33,906 bases of DNA, from positions 1 to 33,906 of the forward strand of contig CANKOL010000012.1 in NCBI GenBank assembly GCA_947483975.1, given 5' to 3'. Below the pieces are notes generated by a model, which was not told the DNA's origin, searched no databases, and saw only the letters and a program-made list of their open reading frames with translations. The DNA comes from Sandaracinaceae bacterium (GTDB lineage: Bacteria > Myxococcota_A > Polyangia > Polyangiales > JADJQN01). Both the position numbers and the translations under genes were made by a program. Position 1 is the stretch's first letter, and every line of letters begins with the position of its first letter. Positions 27,244-33,906 of the stretch are shown here, one piece after another.

Positions 27244-29448
27244 TCAGCTCTTGTCGCCGAGCTTCGCGCGCAGAAGGTCACCAAACGTGCCGAGCCCCTG
27301 CTTGCTCGCCTCACGGCGGTAGTCCTGCACGGCGCGCTTCTCTTCGTCGTTGATCAACGCCTTGCGCGAGAGCTTGAGGCCGCCTTCGCGATCGGTGCCG
27401 ATGATCTTCGCCTCGAGCTTGGTACCGACGGGGAACTTGCGGCGGTGATCCGTGCCGCGCTCGGTCGCCATCTCGGCGTTCGGGATGTAGCCGCGGCCCT
27501 TGCGGCCGAGCACGCCCTCAAGCTGCACGAAGACGCCGTGCTGCTCGACGCGGTCGACGACGACCTTGAGGGCGGCGCCCGCCTTCGGTGCCTTGACCTT
27601 GAAGGCCTCGGCCGTGATCTCGCCCGCCTCGATCGCCTTCGCGTTCGCGGAGGAGAGCTTCGAGAGGGAGAGGCGCCGCGCCTTCTTGTCCGTGCGCTCG
27701 ATGAGCACCCAGACCTCGTCACCCTCCTTCGCGCCGTCCTTCGCGTGCTGCAGGTTCGTCCCGAGCTCGCTCACATGGAGCAAGCCCTCGACGCCCGGCG
27801 TCACCTCGACGAACGCGCCGAACTCGGCGACGCGCGTGATCTTGCCCTTGAAGACGCGGCCCTCGGCGACCGACTCGCCGTGCTCGTCCCAAGGGTCCGC
27901 CTGCACGGCCTTCAGAGACAGGCCGATGCGCTCGTGGCGCTCCTTCTTGTCCTTGCGATCCGGCAGGCGAATGACCTGAGCGTCGACCTCGTCGCCGACG
28001 CGCGCGATGTCGGACGGCTTGGCAGCGCGGTCCCACGACATCTCGCTGACGTGGACCATGCCCTCGAGTCCGCCACCGATGTCGATGAAGAGCCCGAACT
28101 CTCGCACCTGGCTGACGATGCCGCGAACGCGCTCGCCGATCTGCATCGTCCGGACGCGATCCCGCGCGTGCTTGCGCGACTCACGCTCGAGGATCGCCCG
28201 GCGCGAGACGACGAGCCCGTGCGTCCCCTGCTTCGCGGGGGGCACCGAGAACTCGAGCTTCTGCCCGACGTACTCGACCGGGTCCTCGACGTGACCGAGC
28301 GACATCCCGCTCGCCGGACAGAACGCGCGGACACCGTCGACGAGGACGTCGAAGCCGCCACGGTTGAAGCCGTAGACGAGCCCGACGACGCGCGTGCGGT
28401 CCTCGCGCGCCTGCTCGATGCGCTTGCGCGCCGCCTTGGTGTCGATCAGGCGGTTGACGATCGCGATGTGGCCGCTCTCGGCGACGGCGCCCACGCGACC
28501 ACGGAAGATATCCCCGAGCGCGGGGAGCGGAGGCGGAGGCTCGTCCGCCGCGATCGGCGCTGCCAACGTGCCCGCATCCTCGTGATCGCCACCGCCGTCG
28601 TCGTGATCGACCTCGGCGTGCTCTTCGGCCTCCGCCACGGCGGGCGTGGGCTCGACCTGGGCAGCGGCCTCTGCCGGCGCGGCCTCTGCTGCCGCGACGA
28701 CGGGAGCGTCGGTCGCGGTGCCGTCGGCGGGAGCGGCTTCGCTCGTCGCGGGCTCGCCGGCGGCTACCTCAGCAGGAGCCTCCGGAGCGGGCGGGGGGAA
28801 CTGCACCTCGCGGGGCTCGAGCTCGTCGACGACCGCGATGGCCTTGCCGAACAGATCGACGAGGATCGTGCCGTACTCGGTGCGCGTGACGCGTCCCGCG
28901 ACGACCTCGCCGACGGAGAACGCCTGCCGACGCGTGCCCGGCGTGCCTTCGAAGAAGCGCCCGAACGGAACCTGCGCGGGGTCCTTCTTCGGCTGCTGCT
29001 GCTTGCGCGGCTGCTGCTGGCGGGCGTTGACGGGCGCGCCTCCCGGCTGCTCGGTCGTGGCCTCGCCGCCCTCGACGGGAGCGCCATCGGGGCCCGGAGC
29101 CGTGAGGCCCGCGACGCTCGCGCCGCCCTTCTTCTTACGGCGGCGACGCTTGCGCTTCTTCGGCGTTCCGTCGGGCAGAGTGCCTGCCGCGGCCGCGTCG
29201 CCAGAGGCGTCGCCCGCGTCGTCACCGCCTTCGTCGTCACCACCCTCGTCGCCATCGTCGCCGGCGTCCGCAGCGGAGGACTCCGCACCGGGCTGCGGGC
29301 CTTCCGCGCGGCTCTCCGCCGGGTCGGCTGCGGAAGATTGCACCGTCGGTTCGCTGCCCGCGCTCGGCGCAGTAGCGCCGGTGGGGGCCGCGGGCTCTTG
29401 CGCCGTCGCCTCGGAGGTGGACGCGTCGCGCGTGTCGTTGTCAGCCAT
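27244..29448 (-). CDS. rpsA: S1 RNA-binding domain protein (30S ribosomal protein S1-like) with long low-complexity extensions
   Basis: About five S1 domains (NRGGFDVLVDGVRAFCPAS; FGLFIDIGGGLEGMVHVSEMSW; FGAFVEVTPGVEGLLHVSEL; HGVFVQL) and an RpsA-type C-terminus GTFGDLLRAKL. It may be a paralogue rather than the main rpsA. Confidence 0.85.
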   Translation of the reverse strand: MADNDTRDASTSEATAQEPAAPTGATAPSAGSEPTVQSSAADPAESRAEGPQPGAESSAADAGDDGDEGGDDEGGDDAGDASGDAAAAGTLPDGTPKKRKRRRRKKKGGASVAGLTAPGPDGAPVEGGEATTEQPGGAPVNARQQQPRKQQQPKKDPAQVPFGRFFEGTPGTRRQAFSVGEVVAGRVTRTEYGTILVDLFGKAIAVVDELEPREVQFPPPAPEAPAEVAAGEPATSEAAPADGTATDAPVVAAAEAAPAEAAAQVEPTPAVAEAEEHAEVDHDDGGGDHEDAGTLAAPIAADEPPPPLPALGDIFRGRVGAVAESGHIAIVNRLIDTKAARKRIEQAREDRTRVVGLVYGFNRGGFDVLVDGVRAFCPASGMSLGHVEDPVEYVGQKLEFSVPPAKQGTHGLVVSRRAILERESRKHARDRVRTMQIGERVRGIVSQVREFGLFIDIGGGLEGMVHVSEMSWDRAAKPSDIARVGDEVDAQVIRLPDRKDKKERHERIGLSLKAVQADPWDEHGESVAEGRVFKGKITRVAEFGAFVEVTPGVEGLLHVSELGTNLQHAKDGAKEGDEVWVLIERTDKKARRLSLSKLSSANAKAIEAGEITAEAFKVKAPKAGAALKVVVDRVEQHGVFVQLEGVLGRKGRGYIPNAEMATERGTDHRRKFPVGTKLEAKIIGTDREGGLKLSRKALINDEEKRAVQDYRREASKQGLGTFGDLLRAKLGDKS

Positions 29449-29547
29449 GATGAGGGCGCCTCAGATCGGTCGTGATGGCTCGGGCTGCCTTCGCAGTCGC
29501 ACTGCGCGGCAATTCCGAGCGCGAAATCCCCGCATGCGGGGGACGAC

Positions 29548-29576
29548 AGCCTAGGTTGCGCTCCTGGGTGAGTCAA
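29548..29576 (-). promoter_or_regulatory. Putative sigma70-type promoter for the S1-like gene
   Basis: TTGACT (29576-71), 17-nt spacer, TAGGCT (29553-48). The TAG of the -10 box is also the stop codon of the kinase gene. Confidence 0.65.
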
Positions 29577-32500
29577 GCGACTCTTCGGCCCGGATCTGTG
29601 CCGCGAGCGCGGCCATTCCGGCGCGCTCGGCTAGCTGTGCCGCGCGGGCGAACGTCGCGCTCGCTGCGGCGCCGTGCCCGGTGGCACGCTCCGCGACCGC
29701 CCGCAGCCAGGACGCCGCGGCGGCGTCGAAGTCTGAGCCCGTCGCGACCACGTGCTCGACGGTTCGGACGAGATGCGCGAGCTTTTGCTGCTCCGGCGCG
29801 CGCAGCAACCCCGCCGCGCCCCCTACCGCGGTCGCAAGCTGCGCGAGCGCCTCGCGGCGTTGTCGCCTCGCGAGGGTCGCCGCGTCACTGCCTAGCGCGA
29901 CGGCTCGCTCGAGGTCACGCGCCGCAAACGCTGTGAGCGCGGCGCGCACGAGCATGCGGGCTTCCTCGTAAGCCAGCCCTTGAGCGGCGGCGACCTCGCC
30001 CGCCTCTCGAAAACGCTCGCACGCCGACGCGTGGTCGCCCGAGGCTTCGGCGACCTCCGCCATCGCGGCGAGCGAGCCGAAGCGCAGTGCGCCATGACCA
30101 AGGCGAGCGGCCAAGGCGAGGGCTCTGCCGACGGCGTGCTGCGCCTCGGCGACGAGCCCAGCCCGCGCGAGCGCCCCCGCCAACATACACAGCGCGCGAC
30201 CGTGCATGGACGGATCCCCGCCGAGCGCGAGCGTGTCGACGGAACTGCGCAATCGCACCAGCGCCTCATGGGCGCGGCCGGTGGCTGCGAGCCCCTCGCT
30301 GAGTTCGAGCTCTGCCTCCCCCCGAAGCGCCGGATCGTCGAGCAAAGGAAGCTCGCGCGCCACGGCCTCGAGCGCCGCGACTCGGAGCGGCGCATCGCCC
30401 CGGAGCGCCGCTGCCCGCGCGCGCAGCACGGCGAAGCGGACTCTGAGCGACCCGTCCGCCCGCAGGAGCGGCGCATCCTCGACCAGCGATAGCGCCGCAA
30501 AAACCTGCGCGGGATCCCCGGCCTCGAGGGCGAGTTCGGCGCTCCTGACGACGAGCTGCACGGCCCGCTCCGCCGTCGGGTCTTCGCCGTCCTCACCGAG
30601 GAGCTGTGCCGCCATCGCATAGTGACCCGCCGCGAGCGCCGGCTGCTGCCTCGCGACCGCCACGCGTCCAGCCTCGATCAGGTAATCGGGCGCGCGGCGC
30701 CGGTCGCCGGCGCGAGCGGCGTGGTACGCGAGTTCGTCGATCGAGCCGTCTGCGCCCGCGCGCTCGAGCGCGGCGACCGCACGCCCATGCAGATGGCGCA
30801 CCTCGGATGGCGACACCCCGCCCAGCATCGCGCGGCGGAGCAGACCGCTCCCGATGCGCACGCGCACGGGGAGCGGAGGCGCGTCGGTGCCGCCCCCCCA
30901 GAGCCCTCGAGGCCTCGGCAGCGCGGTCGTCCCGACGTCGGGCACGAGCAGCCGACGCGTGAGGAGCCGCCGCAGCGCCGGCGTCGCGCTGTCGACGGGC
31001 GCACCATGCACCGCGCAGAGCGTGGCGACATCGACCGAGCCTTCGAAGGAGGCTGCGATTCGCAGCATCTCCACCTCGGCGGGCCGCAGCTCCGCGAGCC
31101 GCGCCGAGGCCACATGGCGCACGTGCTCGGGGACGAGGAACTTCGCCTCGTCGATCAGCCGCGCCTCCCCGTCGACGACGGCGATGGCCCCCGACTCCCG
31201 CAGCGAGGCCGCGAGCTCCTCGAGCCACGCGGGGTTGCCCGCCGTCTCCTCGAGCGCGCGACGCGCGAGACCGAGTTCGACGGTGCGCGCACCGGCCGCC
31301 GCTGCGAAGAGCCGCAGGGCGGCGTCTGCGTCGAGCGCTTGAAGCTCGATGACGCGCGGCTCGCTCCCGACGTGCGGCAAGGGAGTGCCGGGGCGGGCCG
31401 TCAAGACCGCCAGCACGCGGGCGCGCGCCAGGTCGCGCAGCAGTAGCGGCAGGATCTGCCGCGTCGCATCGTCGACCCACTGCACGTCCTCGATCGTGAG
31501 CACGACGGTGCGCTCCCGCGCGAGCGACGAGAGGGCCTTGCGCGCGGCGAGGGCGAGCGCGATGCCGCGGGGCCGTCCGGCTCGATCCTGTCGGGCGACG
31601 GGATAGGCGAGCCCGAGCAGCTCGCCCGCGAGCCGCACCTCCTGCGGCGCCAGCCCGAACACGCGGAGCCGCTCGACCTTGCCGAAGCGCTCGGCCGGCG
31701 TGTCCTCCTCCTCGACGCCGCACAGGTCCATGAACAGGTCGGCGAGCGCGCCGAAGCTGCCATCCGCCGCCGTCTCCTGCCCTCGCCCGCTGACGAAGGC
31801 GACCTCCTGCGCGCTGGTCGCGGCACGTAGTTCTGCGAGCATCCGCGACTTGCCGGCGCCCGGCTCGCCGAGGAGCACGACGACCGAACCCGTGCCGCTC
31901 TCCGCCACCGTGACGAGCGCCGACGAGAGCGCCCGGACCTCCCGCGGGCGTCCCACGAGGGGCGCCCGACGACGCATCAGCAGCGCCTCGCGCTCACGTC
32001 GAGCCCTGAACCCGTCGACCGTCGGCAGGCCGTTTTCGAAGGCTTTCCCCAGGCGAAACGTGCGCGCGAGCTCCTCCGACAGGGCGGGCTCGACGACGAC
32101 CTCACCCGGCGCGGCGCGCAACACGAGGTCCCGCACGCGTGCCGCGAGCGCCTCGTCCGGATCCGCGTTCCCACCGTCGTACACGCGGGCGTCACCAGCC
32201 GCGAGCGCCAGCGGTGGCACCGGCTCGGCCCGAGGGGGCGCGTCGATCTTGATCCGGCGGCGCAGCTCGAGCGCAGCGCGAGCGGCGTGCTCCGTCGCGC
32301 GCTCGCCGCCGCTCGAGCCAAACACCGCGACGAGCAGCTCCGGCTCCTCGTCGAGCACCTGGCCCCCATAGGCCTCGATCGCGCGCACGAAGTGCGCAGC
32401 GTCGTCCCCCTCCCGATGCCGCGCCGCCAGCAGCGCGACCCGCCGCGTCTCGACGCTGACTCGCCGCGACACACGGAGGGCGAGGGCCGTGTTTTCCCTC

Positions 32501-33561
32501 GAGGCGTCCGCGAGCGGGGTCCCCGAGACGAGCGCGCGCTCCGCATGGCTGCTCGTCGCGTCCTCGTGCGCTCGCAGCAGGACGTCCACGCGGAGCTTGT
32601 TCGGCGAATAGGTATCAATTCGCGGAAACATACGCGTCACGACGTCCGCGAGTTCCGCGGCACCGACGTTCTCGCCGAGCCGAAACAGCACCTGCGAGAG
32701 CTCCACGTAGAGCTCGCCAGCGGACGGGTACCGCACCGCGACGTCGAGGGCGAGCGAGCGCCGCAGGATCTCGCGCAGCTCTACGGGCCAGCCATGCGCC
32801 TCGAACGAGAAGTCCGGGATGCGCGCAGCGCGCACGAGCTCGAGCGTCTTCTGGGACGAGCCGCCCTTGAAGAGGCGCACGTTCGTGATGAGCTCCCAGA
32901 GCACGACCCCGAGCGCGAAGAGGTCGCTGCGCCTGTCGAGCGGCTCTCCTCGAGCCTGCTCCGGCGACATGTACGCGTACTTGCCCCGCAAGACCTTTGG
33001 GTCCTCGCCCCGCCCGAGGTCCTGCTGGTCTGCGCGGGCGATGCCGAAGTCCGCGACCTTCACCTCGCCCTCGTAGCCGACGAGGATGTTCTGCGGGCTG
33101 ATGTCGCGGTGCACGATCGCGAGCGGGCGTCCGTCATCGCCCTTGCGCCGATGGGCGTAGTCGAGCGCCTTCGCCGCCTCTGCGACGATCCACAGCTTCA
33201 TCGGCTGGGTCAAATGGGGCTTGTTGGCCATGCCGGCGTGCCGCGACTCGTATGCCATCACCGCGCCGAGGTCCTTGCCGTCGACGTGCTCCATCGCGAT
33301 GAAATAGGCGCCGCCCTCTTCGCCCAGATCGAAGATCTGCACGATGTTCGCGTGCGAGAGCCGCGACGCGATCTTCGCCTCGCGCACGAGGAACTCGGCG
33401 AAGCCGGCGTTCGCCATCAGCGCAGGGAGCACCCGCTTGATGACGACGGTCTTCTCGAAGCCGGCGGCACCGCGCGAGCGCGCGCGCCAGACCTCCGCCA
33501 TACCGCCCTCGGCGATGCGGTCGAGAAGCTCATAATTCCCGAAGACAATTGGACCCGGCAC
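29551..33561 (-). CDS. Hanks-type Ser/Thr protein kinase fused to a degenerate cyclase-like domain, an AAA/STAND ATPase and TPR-like helices
   Basis: Kinase motifs GGMAEVW, VVIKR, HRDISPQN, DFG, YMSPEQ and DLFALG; Walker A GEPGAGKS; Walker B LTIEDVQW; GNP motif; Ala-rich helical C-terminus. Confidence 0.92.
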   Translation of the reverse strand: MPGPIVFGNYELLDRIAEGGMAEVWRARSRGAAGFEKTVVIKRVLPALMANAGFAEFLVREAKIASRLSHANIVQIFDLGEEGGAYFIAMEHVDGKDLGAVMAYESRHAGMANKPHLTQPMKLWIVAEAAKALDYAHRRKGDDGRPLAIVHRDISPQNILVGYEGEVKVADFGIARADQQDLGRGEDPKVLRGKYAYMSPEQARGEPLDRRSDLFALGVVLWELITNVRLFKGGSSQKTLELVRAARIPDFSFEAHGWPVELREILRRSLALDVAVRYPSAGELYVELSQVLFRLGENVGAAELADVVTRMFPRIDTYSPNKLRVDVLLRAHEDATSSHAERALVSGTPLADASRENTALALRVSRRVSVETRRVALLAARHREGDDAAHFVRAIEAYGGQVLDEEPELLVAVFGSSGGERATEHAARAALELRRRIKIDAPPRAEPVPPLALAAGDARVYDGGNADPDEALAARVRDLVLRAAPGEVVVEPALSEELARTFRLGKAFENGLPTVDGFRARREREALLMRRRAPLVGRPREVRALSSALVTVAESGTGSVVVLLGEPGAGKSRMLAELRAATSAQEVAFVSGRGQETAADGSFGALADLFMDLCGVEEEDTPAERFGKVERLRVFGLAPQEVRLAGELLGLAYPVARQDRAGRPRGIALALAARKALSSLARERTVVLTIEDVQWVDDATRQILPLLLRDLARARVLAVLTARPGTPLPHVGSEPRVIELQALDADAALRLFAAAAGARTVELGLARRALEETAGNPAWLEELAASLRESGAIAVVDGEARLIDEAKFLVPEHVRHVASARLAELRPAEVEMLRIAASFEGSVDVATLCAVHGAPVDSATPALRRLLTRRLLVPDVGTTALPRPRGLWGGGTDAPPLPVRVRIGSGLLRRAMLGGVSPSEVRHLHGRAVAALERAGADGSIDELAYHAARAGDRRRAPDYLIEAGRVAVARQQPALAAGHYAMAAQLLGEDGEDPTAERAVQLVVRSAELALEAGDPAQVFAALSLVEDAPLLRADGSLRVRFAVLRARAAALRGDAPLRVAALEAVARELPLLDDPALRGEAELELSEGLAATGRAHEALVRLRSSVDTLALGGDPSMHGRALCMLAGALARAGLVAEAQHAVGRALALAARLGHGALRFGSLAAMAEVAEASGDHASACERFREAGEVAAAQGLAYEEARMLVRAALTAFAARDLERAVALGSDAATLARRQRREALAQLATAVGGAAGLLRAPEQQKLAHLVRTVEHVVATGSDFDAAAASWLRAVAERATGHGAAASATFARAAQLAERAGMAALAAQIRAEESLDSPRSAT

Positions 33562-33616
33562 GGCGCGCGAGCCTACCAGAGGGAGCGCCTCTTGGGGGTC
33601 GCTATGCGCGTCGCGG

Positions 33617-33904
33617 TCAGAGCTGGAACGGAAACGACACGCCGAACGTGGGCTGAGCGAAGCGCGGCACAGACGCCGCCCTGACCGCGCGCGCGATGCA
33701 GGAGCCTTGCGGCGTACCCGCGAACTGGCCCTCGACGACCGCCATCATCACGCGGCCGCTCGGACCAGAGAAGGTGACCCGCACCTGCGCAAGCCCGCTC
33801 CGCCCCTGCGCGCAGGCCGCCACCGCGACCCGCACACTGCCCATCGCCGACACGACGTCCGCGCGGCTCGGCGTGTCCTGAGCCCCGGCGCCGGCGGCAG
33901 CCGC
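33617..33904 (-). CDS. C-terminal part of an AgmX/PglI (GltJ/GltG)-type C-terminal-domain protein (5'-partial, runs off the right edge)
   Basis: Frame is open to the window edge: ...QDTPSRADVVSAMGSVRVAVAAC...VRVTFSGPSGRV...FAGTPQGSCIARAVRAASVPRF...VSFPF, a two-Cys TonB_C-like pattern typical of myxobacterial proteins. Confidence 0.72.
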   Translation of the reverse strand, partial: AAAAGAGAQDTPSRADVVSAMGSVRVAVAACAQGRSGLAQVRVTFSGPSGRVMMAVVEGQFAGTPQGSCIARAVRAASVPRFAQPTFGVSFPFQL

Positions 33905-33906
33905 AG

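Overview
A gene-dense, very GC-rich chromosomal segment whose gene content points to Myxococcota (probably Polyangiales-like); almost all genes are on the minus strand. From left to right: the 3' end of a Gly-rich/Cys-rich protein gene; a secreted alkaline-phosphatase/NPP-family hydrolase; a probable minus-strand operon of a giant (~3,750 aa) TPR protein (AgmK/GltI-like), a class IV aminotransferase and a 46-aa basic protein; an EamA transporter and HMG-CoA lyase; an oppositely oriented modABC molybdate transporter; an acyl-CoA cluster (meaB, Kelch lipoprotein, thiolase, a degenerate PEP-synthase/rifampin-phosphotransferase-like protein, hbd, crt); tRNA-Val(CAC) with its promoter and terminator; an atypical S1/RpsA-like gene with a structured leader; a Ser/Thr kinase-pseudocyclase-AAA-TPR protein; and the 3' end of an AgmX/PglI-type gene. 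No mobile element, integrase or CRISPR array was seen. The best novelty candidates are (i) the apparently catalytically dead, His-domain-less RPH/PEP-synthase-like protein inside the thiolase-hbd-crt cluster and (ii) the S1 paralogue with disordered extensions and a three-hairpin leader that hides its SD. All family assignments come from motifs recognised by eye; no database searches were run.
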